A DNA stretch of 64,000 nt from an uncultured Pseudomonadota bacterium (GCA_964647685.1 CAZYJE010000006.1:25624-89623); one strand, 5' to 3'; positions 47,799 through 58,021 are shown, numbered from the stretch's first letter. Numbers and translations are program-made. Notes: generated by a model from the letters alone, not told the origin.

Positions 47799-47805
47799 AT
47801 TTAAA

Positions 47806-50271
47806 TTATTTATTTATAAACAACTTAATTGCAGAAATAAATCCTTGAATATTTTTCTGCAATATATCAAGACCAACAGGACTTGGAACTCTTTCTTTTA
47901 TCGGTTGTAAAATCTTATTACTTTTATTTACATTCTGCTGTAGTTGTGCAATCTGTTGTTGCATAAATTCCGTTATAAAGCTTAATTCATTAACTGTTAA
48001 TAATTTTAAATTGCCAAGTTTCTGTAAAGACTCTTTTAAGCTTAACTTTGACTGCATTTGTTCTTCTAGATTTGTAATAATTGTTGAAATTTGAAAAATA
48101 AACTCTATTTTTTTCAAATTCTCTTTCTCTTCTTGAGTTAGTCCAGTAGTAACAGCTTGATTATAATATTCATCATATAATTTTTGAAATTGCTTTTGTT
48201 CTTTTTTAGACGCAGTTTTATCAACTATTTTTTTAGATAAATTTTGCCAAATAGTTTTAGCCTTATTATCCTCAGTGTCAGTAAGTTCACTTGTAATTGA
48301 TATAATCTGATTTTTAACTTTTTGATCTAACTCTTGAAATTCTTTTTGTAATTGTTCATCTGATAAATTGCTAAATTTATTCAACTCTTTGTACTGATTA
48401 GCTTTATTTTTATCTTCTTGAGAGCTTTCAGACTTACTCATTTCTGCAATTCCTCTATTTTTAAGAGTCTGCAGCTGGTTCTTTTCTGGAATGGTTATCT
48501 GATTAGACACTAATTTTTCTTGTAATACCTTTATTCTTTCTTTGTCTTTATCGTTTAATTTTGAAAAAGCTTCTTTTCTAATTTTTTCAAATTCACTTTC
48601 AAACGTACTTGCAAAATCATTAAATGATTTATTTATAAGAGCTAAAGAAAGATCTAAACTATTATCAATGCCTTTATACATCCATAAAATATCCAGCGGC
48701 AAATCCAATTCTTTATTTGCATACAATTTTGCAATGTCACTTTGTAAAACATTAAGCTTTGCAAGCAGTGGGTTTGATTTTAGTTCTATATTTTTTTTAT
48801 ATTTTTTTTCGACTGTAGCTTCAATATTCTCTTCTTTTATCTGTTCTATAAGCTCAACAATTACTTCTTTTGCTTGTTGGCAAAGGGCATTTAATTTAGG
48901 TATATGAGTTTGTACCAAATTAAAATCTTTAACATTGTCCACTACTGTTGCAAAAATATCATCAAACCGTTGTGTCTCTTTAAAAATTCCTGATATATCT
49001 TCAAGAATTGATTCTAGCTTTTTAACTAACTCTTGTGATGAAAGTTTCTCTTTTTCTTCCTTGTCATCTTTGTCATCTTTTTTTAAAGATTCAGATTTAT
49101 TTTTTTTAGATCCACTATCTTTTTTATCTGATTGACTCAGTCCAGGAGCAGTTTTTTGTTGTGGAACATAACCAGAAGGTGAAGAATCTAGGCCTTGAAA
49201 ATACTCATCTGGCATATCACTGCCAACTGCAAACTGTTCTTTTTGACCAACAAGCTTAACAGGAGTTTGGCGAATTGATTTTTTCGATTCACTCAATGCT
49301 TTGCTTGTCAAAGCAGATTCTTGACTTTCGATTTTTTTTGCTTTTGGATCGTATGACTTAAAAACATCATTAATACTTTCAATTATATTTTTATCTTTAT
49401 TGAGTAAAGTATTGATAATCAAGTTAGTTGCTATTCTCAATGCCTTACTAGATTGCTTTTTAACAACTGGATCTAGAGATTCTACTTGTACATTTATTTG
49501 ACTAACATATTCATCAAAGGTTGTAGAAAATGTATATAGTTGAGAATATAAATCTTCATTTTTTAATAAATAAGAAATATATTTATACTTTTTAGTTTTA
49601 GTATCTCTATCTTTTAATTTATATAGTTGTTGCTTAAACATTTGTAGTTGTTGATTAATTTTTTGCCAAGAAATATTTTTTATTTCTACATCTATTTTTC
49701 TTCTTTGTGCCCATTTTGAAAATTTTTCATCAAAATTATCTATAGTCGCAATTTTAAGTTCAAATGAATCAATCGTTGCAATAATTTCATTAATAAGTAT
49801 TACTGCTTGTTTAATTTTTGCTTCCTTTTTCTTATCTATAGATTTCTTCTTCTTTGGTTTTTCTTCTACTGGTTTTTCAATAGGTTCTTGTATAACTGGA
49901 GGTTTTTTAAAATCAGTTGGGGCAGCAGATGGTTTTTGCTCTTGTTGAAAGGCTTTTTCTAATTCTTGTTCAACCTGTCTTAAATAAGCTTCTCTTTCTT
50001 CATCCGACATTGCTTCTATTTTTGCTATTTCCTGCTGAACCTCTTCTTGTTGCTCTGGAGAAAGATTTTGAAAAATATTTTCTGTAACTGCCTGCATATA
50101 TGATTGTTGCTCTTCTGGAGAAAGGTTTTTAAAATCTTCTTCGCTCAAGACTGGTAGGTCCATATCCATTTGCTGCTGAGCAAGTAGATTGTTATGGTTA
50201 AAAAAATATATACCACAAAATAATAAAATTAATTTGATATTAAAAAAAAATATTGAATTTTTACGAAGCAT
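47806..50271 (-). CDS. large orphan secreted coiled-coil protein (Glu/Lys/Gln-rich)
   Basis: 821 aa with a hydrophobic N-terminus, duplicated NLSPE(E/Q)QQ motifs and charged low-complexity tracts (KKDDKDDKEEKEK). Confidence 0.6.
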   Translation of the reverse strand: MLRKNSIFFFNIKLILLFCGIYFFNHNNLLAQQQMDMDLPVLSEEDFKNLSPEEQQSYMQAVTENIFQNLSPEQQEEVQQEIAKIEAMSDEEREAYLRQVEQELEKAFQQEQKPSAAPTDFKKPPVIQEPIEKPVEEKPKKKKSIDKKKEAKIKQAVILINEIIATIDSFELKIATIDNFDEKFSKWAQRRKIDVEIKNISWQKINQQLQMFKQQLYKLKDRDTKTKKYKYISYLLKNEDLYSQLYTFSTTFDEYVSQINVQVESLDPVVKKQSSKALRIATNLIINTLLNKDKNIIESINDVFKSYDPKAKKIESQESALTSKALSESKKSIRQTPVKLVGQKEQFAVGSDMPDEYFQGLDSSPSGYVPQQKTAPGLSQSDKKDSGSKKNKSESLKKDDKDDKEEKEKLSSQELVKKLESILEDISGIFKETQRFDDIFATVVDNVKDFNLVQTHIPKLNALCQQAKEVIVELIEQIKEENIEATVEKKYKKNIELKSNPLLAKLNVLQSDIAKLYANKELDLPLDILWMYKGIDNSLDLSLALINKSFNDFASTFESEFEKIRKEAFSKLNDKDKERIKVLQEKLVSNQITIPEKNQLQTLKNRGIAEMSKSESSQEDKNKANQYKELNKFSNLSDEQLQKEFQELDQKVKNQIISITSELTDTEDNKAKTIWQNLSKKIVDKTASKKEQKQFQKLYDEYYNQAVTTGLTQEEKENLKKIEFIFQISTIITNLEEQMQSKLSLKESLQKLGNLKLLTVNELSFITEFMQQQIAQLQQNVNKSNKILQPIKERVPSPVGLDILQKNIQGFISAIKLFINK

Positions 50272-50349
50272 TATAAGCCTTTATTTTTTATTGTTTTTAA
50301 TCTTTTTTCTTGTGTACAGTGTATACATGGTTTTTTATCTGATCAACCA

Positions 50350-50421
50350 CTGGTATCTAAAATGAAAAAAAATGGTTTTTTACTTCTGGTATCTAAAATG
50401 AAAAAAAATGGTTTTTTACTT
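50350..50421 (+). repeat. perfect 36-bp tandem duplication (x2) spanning the pseudopilin start codon
   Basis: CTGGTATCTAAAATGAAAAAAAATGGTTTTTTACTT occurs at 50350-50385 and again, identically, at 50386-50421. Confidence 0.9.
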
Positions 50422-50760
50422 ATAGAAATAATGATTTTTCTTGGAGTGATGAGTATATTTTTTATAACCATTAGTCAGTACTTTACTACTTTACTCATTA
50501 CTTATGAAAATAGTAATAAAAAGATAGAAGCATTTAATAAAGCATCAAAAATACTAAATTCTTTATTGCAAAACTATGATGATTCAGTCAATAGCAAAGA
50601 TACTATAATTTCTGAAGTTTCTTCTGGAATAAAATTACCAGCTATTTTTGTAAATAATAATAAAAAGAAAACTTTCAAGCCTATAAAAATAACAACAAAA
50701 TGGGTCGATACGAATGGCAATGAAAAAGAAATTCAACTTGTTTCAGCCTGTGTTGTTTGA
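50398..50760 (+). CDS. pseudopilin / type IV pilin-like protein
   Basis: The prepilin leader and methylation motif MKKNG|FLLIEIMIFLGVMS starts at the second ATG (50398). ORF track starts at 50362, in the duplicated copy. Confidence 0.7.
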   Translation: MKKNGFLLIEIMIFLGVMSIFFITISQYFTTLLITYENSNKKIEAFNKASKILNSLLQNYDDSVNSKDTIISEVSSGIKLPAIFVNNNKKKTFKPIKITTKWVDTNGNEKEIQLVSACVV

Positions 50761-51269
50761 AAATGAAAAGCTCAAATGAAAAAGGATTTAGCCTTATAGA
50801 GTGGCAAATATACTTTTTGCTGCTTATAATGGCATCAATTTTACTTTTTCATTCTTTTTTTATAATACAAAAGTTTCTTATTAAACAAAATAAAAAATTG
50901 CAAGCTATAACTGAACTTCATACAGCATATGATCTTTGCAAGCGAGATATACTAACGGCAGATTATAATGTAAAAAATTGGATAAAAAGTGAAGTACACA
51001 GTTTTTTATATAAAAAAAACAACAAATATATTGGCTGGAGATTTAATAAAAAAACAAAAAAACTATATCGAACAAGCGGGGTTTATGATGCAAATAATCA
51101 AAACTGGAAAAAGAAAAAAGTAAGCTTAATTGCTGAAGATATAACTGATTTTACTTGTATATATACTATAAAAAATGAAAAAATAAATTTTATTACTCTA
51201 TCAATAGTCAATGATGTAAATTCAATATATCAAAAATGCTATCTAAAAAATAAAGTAATAAAAATATGA
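50757..51269 (+). CDS. pseudopilin / type IV pilin-like protein
   Basis: MKMKSSNEKG|FSLIEWQIYFLLLIMASI carries the GFxLIE prepilin motif. 4-nt overlap with the upstream gene. Confidence 0.65.
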   Translation: MKMKSSNEKGFSLIEWQIYFLLLIMASILLFHSFFIIQKFLIKQNKKLQAITELHTAYDLCKRDILTADYNVKNWIKSEVHSFLYKKNNKYIGWRFNKKTKKLYRTSGVYDANNQNWKKKKVSLIAEDITDFTCIYTIKNEKINFITLSIVNDVNSIYQKCYLKNKVIKI

Positions 51270-51727
51270 TTAAAAATAATCAATCTGGCTCATCGCTACT
51301 GCTTGTTTTTTTTGTTACATCTATTGCTTTATTATGCAGTCAATCAGTTCTTTTTCAAATTTTTTTATCAAAAAATGTATTAACAAAAAGGTATCAATTA
51401 ATACAGCAAAGATATATCACTGAAGGAGTTTTGCGTTATGCATTTTTCTTATGCTGCAACTATCAAGATTTTTTTATAAAAAAAGTGCATAAAAAAAATG
51501 AACCGATTACGATTGATACCGGAAATTGGAAACTTAATAACGCTGCCTATAAAGCAACATTAACGTTATTGCAAAAAAATGAAACTATCTTTGCACAAGC
51601 TACCACAGTCAATGAGCAAAATAGCATTACCGATAAAGTTTCTTGCTCTATTTTGTATAAAAATTTAGAAAAAAACCCATCTGCATACGCTATTGAAATT
51701 AAAAATTGGAGCTATGAAAATGATTAA
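51266..51727 (+). CDS. minor pseudopilin-like protein (degenerate N-terminal motif)
   Basis: MIKNNQSGSSLLLVFFVTSIALL has a hydrophobic pilin-like N-helix without Glu5. 4-nt overlap with the upstream gene. Confidence 0.45.
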   Translation: MIKNNQSGSSLLLVFFVTSIALLCSQSVLFQIFLSKNVLTKRYQLIQQRYITEGVLRYAFFLCCNYQDFFIKKVHKKNEPITIDTGNWKLNNAAYKATLTLLQKNETIFAQATTVNEQNSITDKVSCSILYKNLEKNPSAYAIEIKNWSYEND

Positions 51728-53060
51728 ACAATTTATAGCAACTACTGCTTCTGCTATCATGCTTGCTGGCGCTTTAATATTTCCTTACTATTTATGTGTA
51801 GGGTCATTTTTATTTTTAGTTCCACTTTTTTATTATGGCCTAACAAATAAGTTAAGTTTTACGCATGGATTTTTATGGGGAACAACATTTTTTATTTTTC
51901 ATTCTTATGCAAGCTTTGTAACAATAATGAACAATGAAAATAAGGTTGGACCTTTTTTAGCTTTACTCATAATTATTATATTTTATGCAATACAATCTGG
52001 CCTGTGGTTCTATTTTTTTCAATATTTAAACAAGAAAATCAACCCGATAATAAGCCTTACAGTAACAACATGGCTTTTTTTTGTATGGATTTCCTTCGGA
52101 TCGCTCTTTTTTTTGGGCGACTTTATAGGTTACCCTTTCTCTTTTCCACTTTTGCCGCTTGCTGCGCATCCAAAACTTTTATTTATTTTGCCTTATGCAG
52201 GCTTAAAAGGGACAATGTTTTTACTTATTCTACTGTCTATGTCTTTAACATTATTAATAAGTAGAAAAAATAAATATATGCTCCTTTTGTTTTTTTCATG
52301 TAGCTCTGTCTTTTTAATTGGTTTTTTTGTCTCTCAATCTCAACGACCTCAACCACCATATTTATCTCAATTTGGTCATATTGTTCCTCATCAAAAATAT
52401 ACTCATCCTCTTGATATAGCTCAAGATGTGTATTATAAAATGAAAAAAATGATAGAAACTAAACCAACAGTGCAATATATTTTTATGCCTGAATCAAGTT
52501 ACAATTTTGCCCTTAATAAAGATAGAAAGGTAATAAAGATGTGGTACAATAATGCTCTTTATAACAATAAACATCTTTTTATTGGTGCTTCTTATAAAAA
52601 CAGTTCTCATCATTTTTTCAACTCTTTGTATTGGATTTACCAAGGAAATATAAAGCAGGTTTATAATAAAAGTAGACTTATGCCATTTTTAGAATATATA
52701 CCATGGCCTTGGAGTCAGATTAAAACTATAAAAAACTTATTTCTTCAATCAAATACAGAATTTTGCTCGGTAAATGCTCAATCAGAAGAATTTTTCCTTT
52801 CAAAAGATCTATCTTTTGAGCCTTATATTTGTGCAGAAATATTTTTTGGTAAAAATTGGAAAAATAAAAAAAAGTATAATCATCAAGAAAAACCTTTACT
52901 TTTAATAGTTAGTGATATCTCTCTGTCTTATGATTATCAAAAAAATCTTATGCTTTTATGGGCAAAAGCAAAATCTATAGAACTCCAAAGAGATATTTTT
53001 TATATTGGTTATTATTTTGCAAAGTGGATATCAAAAAATGGTTCTATAATCACTATTTAA
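51720..53060 (+). CDS. lnt: apolipoprotein N-acyltransferase
   Basis: Multi-TM N-terminal half plus a CN-hydrolase domain. Candidate triad contexts are MPESS (Glu), YNKSRLMPFLEYIP (Lys; compare E. coli YDKHHLVPFGEFVP from memory) and YICAEIFF (Cys). ORF track starts at 51693; ATG 51720 lies 8 nt after GGAG. Confidence 0.75.
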   Translation: MIKQFIATTASAIMLAGALIFPYYLCVGSFLFLVPLFYYGLTNKLSFTHGFLWGTTFFIFHSYASFVTIMNNENKVGPFLALLIIIIFYAIQSGLWFYFFQYLNKKINPIISLTVTTWLFFVWISFGSLFFLGDFIGYPFSFPLLPLAAHPKLLFILPYAGLKGTMFLLILLSMSLTLLISRKNKYMLLLFFSCSSVFLIGFFVSQSQRPQPPYLSQFGHIVPHQKYTHPLDIAQDVYYKMKKMIETKPTVQYIFMPESSYNFALNKDRKVIKMWYNNALYNNKHLFIGASYKNSSHHFFNSLYWIYQGNIKQVYNKSRLMPFLEYIPWPWSQIKTIKNLFLQSNTEFCSVNAQSEEFFLSKDLSFEPYICAEIFFGKNWKNKKKYNHQEKPLLLIVSDISLSYDYQKNLMLLWAKAKSIELQRDIFYIGYYFAKWISKNGSIITI

Positions 53061-53145
53061 AAAGAATGTAAGTTTTCAATAGGTTAATTTTGCGTTATAC
53101 TAATATAAAATTAATTACATTATTTTGTGACTAGAAGGTTTATGC

Positions 53146-53601
53146 ATGAGAGTATTTTTATTAAAAGATATCAAAGGAATAGGTATTGCTGGTGAAATTG
53201 TTCCAGTTAGTAATGGATTCTGGAATAATTTTATGCAAACAAGAAAGTTAGGCGTAAAAATTACACCTGCAAATGCTAAATTTTATGAAGAAAAAGCTAA
53301 AGTCGTAGAAAATAGAAAGTCTGTTATAGAGTCTAATACTTCTATGCTTGCAGAAAAAATTAAAGGACTTACTATTACTATTAAGCACAAAGTGCACGAT
53401 GATGGAAAACTTTATGCATCAGTAAATGGTTCTGAAGTTGCTGAAGAACTTTTAAAACATGGTGTATCTATAGCAAAAAATCAAGTTGAGTTTGCTAAAT
53501 CTATCAAAAAAGTTGGTACTCATCTTGTAACAATTAAACTTTCTTCTAAATTAAAACCACAATTAAAGCTTAAAATAATTTCAGGTAACAATAACAACTA
53601 A
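53146..53601 (+). CDS. rplI: 50S ribosomal protein L9
   Basis: MRVFLLKDIKGIGIAGEIVPVSNGFWNNF matches the L9 N-domain. 151 aa, with the usual position upstream of dnaB. Confidence 0.92.
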   Translation: MRVFLLKDIKGIGIAGEIVPVSNGFWNNFMQTRKLGVKITPANAKFYEEKAKVVENRKSVIESNTSMLAEKIKGLTITIKHKVHDDGKLYASVNGSEVAEELLKHGVSIAKNQVEFAKSIKKVGTHLVTIKLSSKLKPQLKLKIISGNNNN

Positions 53602-53622
53602 AGTTTTAATTGGAGAAAAGTA

Positions 53623-54999
53623 ATGCAAAAAGGTCAGCGTAAAAATAACCAGATAAAGGTTATAAATCCTGAACGAATTTTAGGTAAATCTTTACCCGCT
53701 AATATAGACGCAGAAAAAGCTGTGCTTGGCGCATTATTGTTAAACGATGAAAACGTTAATAAAGTTTCTGAAATAATTTTACCAGAAGATTTTTATAGTT
53801 ATCAAAACAAGATCATTTATGAAATGATCTTGTTTGTTTTTCAAAAATATAATCGTTTAGATCTTGTCTTACTACAAGATGCTCTTAAAAAAAAAGATTT
53901 GCTTGAATCAATTGGTGGAATAAGTTCTCTTATTGCCTTACAAGAAGATATTCCTTCGCTAGGGTTGATTGAGCAACATTGTCAAATTATTAAAGAAAAA
54001 TCTATTTTACGAGATTTAATTAAATCAGCTACAAATATAATTACAAACTGCTACGATCAAGATGAAAAAAATATTTCTGCAGTTTTAGATAAAGCTGAAC
54101 AAACAATTTTTCAGATATCAAGCAAACGAACAAGTCAAAATTTTGTTCAACTTAATATTTGGCTCAAAAAAACATTTCAACATTTATCTAGCATTAAAAG
54201 TCATAGCAAGGGGATTACTGGAATACCATCAGGCTATAAAAAACTGGATAGCATGTCATCTGGTTTTCAAAATGGAGATTTTGTTATTTTAGCAGCTCGT
54301 CCTTCGATGGGTAAAACCGCTTTAGCGCTTACTTTAGCAAGCCATGCTGCAAATCAAGGATTTACAGTTGGATTCTTTTCTTTAGAGATGTCAGCAGAAC
54401 AGCTAACATTGAGGCTTTTGTCTTCTGAATCAGGTATAGCTCATCACAATATCAGAAATGCTACTATTACTTCAGAAGAATGGGTTGACCTTACCAATGT
54501 TGCAGCTCGACTTGCTGAAATGAAACTATTTATTGATGACACTGCCGGAATGAATATTATGGATTTGCGAGTCAAAGCTCGTAAATTAAAAGCTGAACAC
54601 GATGTTCAATTAATTGTTATTGATTATTTACAACTACTCAACTCAAGTAGTCGTCACGAAAATAGACATCAAGAAGTTTCAGCAATTTCTCGTGCCCTAA
54701 AAGCACTTGCAAAAGAGTTAAAAATACCAATTATATCTCTTTCTCAACTTTCTCGTGCTGTCGATAGCCGTATGGACAAAAGACCAATGTTATCTGATCT
54801 TCGTGAATCCGGAGCTATTGAACAAGATGCTGATTTAATTATGTTTTTATACAGAGATATTGTTTATAATTCTGAAACAGAAAACCCAGCTCTTTCAGAA
54901 TTAATAATTGGAAAACAAAGAAATGGTCCAACAGGGACAGTTTATTTAAATTTTTCTAAAGAGTTAACAAAGTTTGAAGATATTGGAGATGCCTATTAG
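53623..54999 (+). CDS. dnaB: replicative DNA helicase
   Basis: N-domain LPANIDAEKAVLGALLL, Walker A ARPSMGKTALAL, Walker B LIVIDYLQL and SLSQLSRAVDSR. No intein. Confidence 0.95.
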   Translation: MQKGQRKNNQIKVINPERILGKSLPANIDAEKAVLGALLLNDENVNKVSEIILPEDFYSYQNKIIYEMILFVFQKYNRLDLVLLQDALKKKDLLESIGGISSLIALQEDIPSLGLIEQHCQIIKEKSILRDLIKSATNIITNCYDQDEKNISAVLDKAEQTIFQISSKRTSQNFVQLNIWLKKTFQHLSSIKSHSKGITGIPSGYKKLDSMSSGFQNGDFVILAARPSMGKTALALTLASHAANQGFTVGFFSLEMSAEQLTLRLLSSESGIAHHNIRNATITSEEWVDLTNVAARLAEMKLFIDDTAGMNIMDLRVKARKLKAEHDVQLIVIDYLQLLNSSSRHENRHQEVSAISRALKALAKELKIPIISLSQLSRAVDSRMDKRPMLSDLRESGAIEQDADLIMFLYRDIVYNSETENPALSELIIGKQRNGPTGTVYLNFSKELTKFEDIGDAY

Positions 55000-55070
55000 A
55001 TTCATTTTATAATCATTAAAGAAAAATCAATAAATATAATATATGTGGAAATTATATAATAAGGTCAAAA

Positions 55071-55172
55071 ATGAATTTTTTTAAAAAATATGATTTAATA
55101 GCTTGCTTTACAGCATTTTTTATTGTTTCTGGTTTATTTGCAAAAGGACTACACTCACTGTTTATACATTAA
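55071..55172 (+). CDS. possible 33-aa hydrophobic peptide
   Basis: Below the track cutoff. AAGG lies 6 nt upstream. Product: MNFFKKYDLIACFTAFFIVSGLFAKGLHSLFIH. Weak. Confidence 0.25.
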   Translation: MNFFKKYDLIACFTAFFIVSGLFAKGLHSLFIH

Positions 55173-55199
55173 AAATTAATTAAAATAGGGATCAACGTA

Positions 55200-56681
55200 A
55201 TGAAGAAAATATTTATAATAAGTATTTTCTTTTGTTTTTTTCAAGCAAAAGGAAATACATGGTGTACAATTCAAGAAAATGTTTGCAATGCTGTTGTACA
55301 AATATTTGTACAAGCTATTTCAACAAATATATTAAAACCTTACGAAACACCACAAGAAAAATCTGGCACTGGCAGTGGATTTATCATTAATGAAAAAGGA
55401 TATATTATTACCAATGCTCATGTCGTTAATCAAGCAATTGGTATTTGGATTTATATACCATCTATTGGCAAACATTTAATGAAAGTAGAACTTGTCAGTA
55501 TAGCTCCAACAAAAGATTTGGCTTTACTTAAAATTAGTGATTTTGATCTTGAATTTATTAAAAATAAATTAGGAGCTATCCCTTATGTTGCTTTGGGAAA
55601 TTCAGACTCTCTAAAAAAAGCAGAAAATATTTTAACTTTGGGCTATCCAATGCCAACAAGCCAATCAACATTAAAAATAACAAAAGGTATTTTTAGTGGA
55701 AAAGCAATCATTAATAATCAAGAAATGTTGCAAATTGATGCAGCTGTCAACCCAGGAAGTTCTGGATGTCCTGTTTTTAATAAAGCTGGAAAAGTTATTG
55801 GTATTACTCAATCAGGAATTGTTGAAGCACAAAACATTGGTTATATTATTCCTGTAAATAGATTAAAAAATGCCCTTAAGCATATGTACAAAATACCTCT
55901 TCTTCATAATACATTTCTTGGACTTTTAACAACCAATGCAACAATTAGTTTAACCGATTATTTAGGCAATCCTCAACCAGGTGGATGCTATGTTATTGAT
56001 GTGATTAAAAATAGTGCACTTGAAAAAGCTGGTGTTCAAAAAGATGACATGATCTATGAAGTGAATGGGTACGAACTTGATATTTATGGAGAGATGAGCG
56101 TTGAGTGGTCTCAAGATAGAATCTTTATAGTAGATTATATTGAACGACTTTCTATTGGCGATAAGGTAGACATGAAAGTTTACAGAAAAGGGAGGCTGTT
56201 GAGCTTGACTGCAACAATTTGCGAATCTGATCTTCCTAAAATCAGAGCAATTTATCCTGGTTACGAAAAAATCGATTATGAAATTTTTGCAGGAATGATT
56301 GTCATGCAATTAAATATTAACCATATTCAACTGTTTAAAAATTATGCACCAGGACTTTTAAAATATACACAAATGAATTTACAAAATGAGTCAGTTTTGA
56401 TAATTACTCATATTTTTAACAATTGTTTACTTTCAAGAGCACAAACGATAAGTGCTGGAATGGTTGTAGAAGAAATAAATAACCAACCAGTCAAAACACT
56501 ACAAGATTTTAGAAGTATAATAAAAAGCAGTCTTGACGATAAACATTTATTAATAAAAACGATGGATACAATATCAAGTTATTCAAGTTCTATTTTTACT
56601 GTACTTGCAATGCAAGATGTTATACATGAAGAGCCACAACTTGCTCAAATATATGGTTATCCAATGTCGAATCTATTGTGA
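55200..56681 (+). CDS. HtrA/Deg-family serine protease with signal peptide (paralogue of 11719..13191)
   Basis: Signal MKKIFIISIFFCFFQAKG; triad contexts TNAHV, DLALLKI and NPGSSGCPV. Same PDZ and C-terminal arrangement as the paralogue. Confidence 0.85.
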   Translation: MKKIFIISIFFCFFQAKGNTWCTIQENVCNAVVQIFVQAISTNILKPYETPQEKSGTGSGFIINEKGYIITNAHVVNQAIGIWIYIPSIGKHLMKVELVSIAPTKDLALLKISDFDLEFIKNKLGAIPYVALGNSDSLKKAENILTLGYPMPTSQSTLKITKGIFSGKAIINNQEMLQIDAAVNPGSSGCPVFNKAGKVIGITQSGIVEAQNIGYIIPVNRLKNALKHMYKIPLLHNTFLGLLTTNATISLTDYLGNPQPGGCYVIDVIKNSALEKAGVQKDDMIYEVNGYELDIYGEMSVEWSQDRIFIVDYIERLSIGDKVDMKVYRKGRLLSLTATICESDLPKIRAIYPGYEKIDYEIFAGMIVMQLNINHIQLFKNYAPGLLKYTQMNLQNESVLIITHIFNNCLLSRAQTISAGMVVEEINNQPVKTLQDFRSIIKSSLDDKHLLIKTMDTISSYSSSIFTVLAMQDVIHEEPQLAQIYGYPMSNLL

Positions 56682-57163
56682 TTATCTTAGGAGTTGATCC
56701 TGGTTGTAGATTTTCTGGCTTTGCAATCTTAAAAAAAGAAAAACAAAAATCTTATTTATTAGATTATGGCTGCTTGACAATGTCGTCTAAGCAGCCACTT
56801 GTCCAAAGAATTGGCATTTTCCATGAATTTTTTACAGAAAAAATAATTAAATGGAAAGTGACAAGCATAGCGCTCGAAACTTCTTTTCTAGGAAAAAATG
56901 CACAAAATTTTTTAAAGCTTGGTTATTTAAGAGGTATCTTATATTTACTGTGCAACAACTACAGTTTACAACTTCACGAGTTTTCACCTCGAGAAATTAA
57001 ACTATCGGTAACTGGTTATGGCGCTGCAAGTAAAGATCAAGTTGCAAGGGCAGTTGTCCAATTTTTTCCTGCAATTAAAACTAAAATACCAATTCGTGAT
57101 GATGTAACTGATGCCCTTGCAATTACTCTATGTGGATTATGGGCCAGCAAAAGATTTAATTAG
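56678..57163 (+). CDS. ruvC: crossover junction endodeoxyribonuclease RuvC
   Basis: (GTG)IILGVDPG..., the ALE acidic residue, and the C-terminal DVTDALAI. Overlaps the upstream stop (GTGA). Confidence 0.9.
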   Translation: MIILGVDPGCRFSGFAILKKEKQKSYLLDYGCLTMSSKQPLVQRIGIFHEFFTEKIIKWKVTSIALETSFLGKNAQNFLKLGYLRGILYLLCNNYSLQLHEFSPREIKLSVTGYGAASKDQVARAVVQFFPAIKTKIPIRDDVTDALAITLCGLWASKRFN

Positions 57164-57247
57164 CAGGAATTTATTGTTTTATCTAATATTTCTATGCAAA
57201 ACTCTAAGTAAGAAAGCTTTATTAGTTAAAAACTAAGGAGAGTCTTT

Positions 57248-57751
57248 ATGAAAGGTTTGCAATCATTACTGACAGGCAATATTTATAATAACGATAACAA
57301 TATTTCATTATCTGACTATTTTTATAAATCAATGTATATTGATAAACCATTTACCGATGAAGCTATTTTGTACTTACAAGAAATTTTTTTACAAAATGGT
57401 TTTCATTTTTTACAAGTTGAAGATATAGAGTTTAGTAGAACATTAGTGAAAAATTTTTTAAAATCACTTAATTGTCATAATGATATTGCGGCAATAAGTT
57501 TAGAAGCTATTGATTGCGATAAAAAAGTAAATAATATTTATCATAATCTTATATTTAATGGTTATATTGACGGCAGGCTCCATAGTGACTTTGAAGAATT
57601 TTTTTTGGATCAATGGTTTTATGATTTTCTATGGATCGAAGCTTCTAAAAAATTACTCAACTCATCTTGGATTAATCCATTTTTAAAAAAAATGAAAGAA
57701 TTGAATTTTGACAAAGAAATTCCAATTTTGATTTTTTTTTATCAAGAATAA
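57248..57751 (+). CDS. hypothetical cytoplasmic protein
   Basis: 167 aa with RBS AAGGAGAG upstream. Orphan. Last plus-strand gene before the polarity switch. Confidence 0.5.
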   Translation: MKGLQSLLTGNIYNNDNNISLSDYFYKSMYIDKPFTDEAILYLQEIFLQNGFHFLQVEDIEFSRTLVKNFLKSLNCHNDIAAISLEAIDCDKKVNNIYHNLIFNGYIDGRLHSDFEEFFLDQWFYDFLWIEASKKLLNSSWINPFLKKMKELNFDKEIPILIFFYQE

Positions 57752-58021
57752 TCATATTACAAAGATTTTTTAATTTTGAAACTTTTTAAAAAAATAAAAC
57801 AAAAATTTTAGACTGATAGGGTAATTAGGCTCAAATTTTGAATTTAAGATGAAAGTCATACAAAAGGTATAAATATTCGACAATCATTAAAATCTTTCAA
57901 TACGGTTAAACCTGAAAAACGTTTTTTGAGTAATAATAAAATTCTAATTTCTAAATGAATAAATAATAATTTTGTCGACACTTAAAGTTTTCACAATTAA
58001 AAATCTATAATAGATGTATTT

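Noticed and set aside
50350-50421. Possible CRISPR or iteron nature of the 36-bp direct repeat.
   Set aside because: There are only two copies, directly abutting with no spacer, and they include a start codon and leader. It is a simple tandem duplication.
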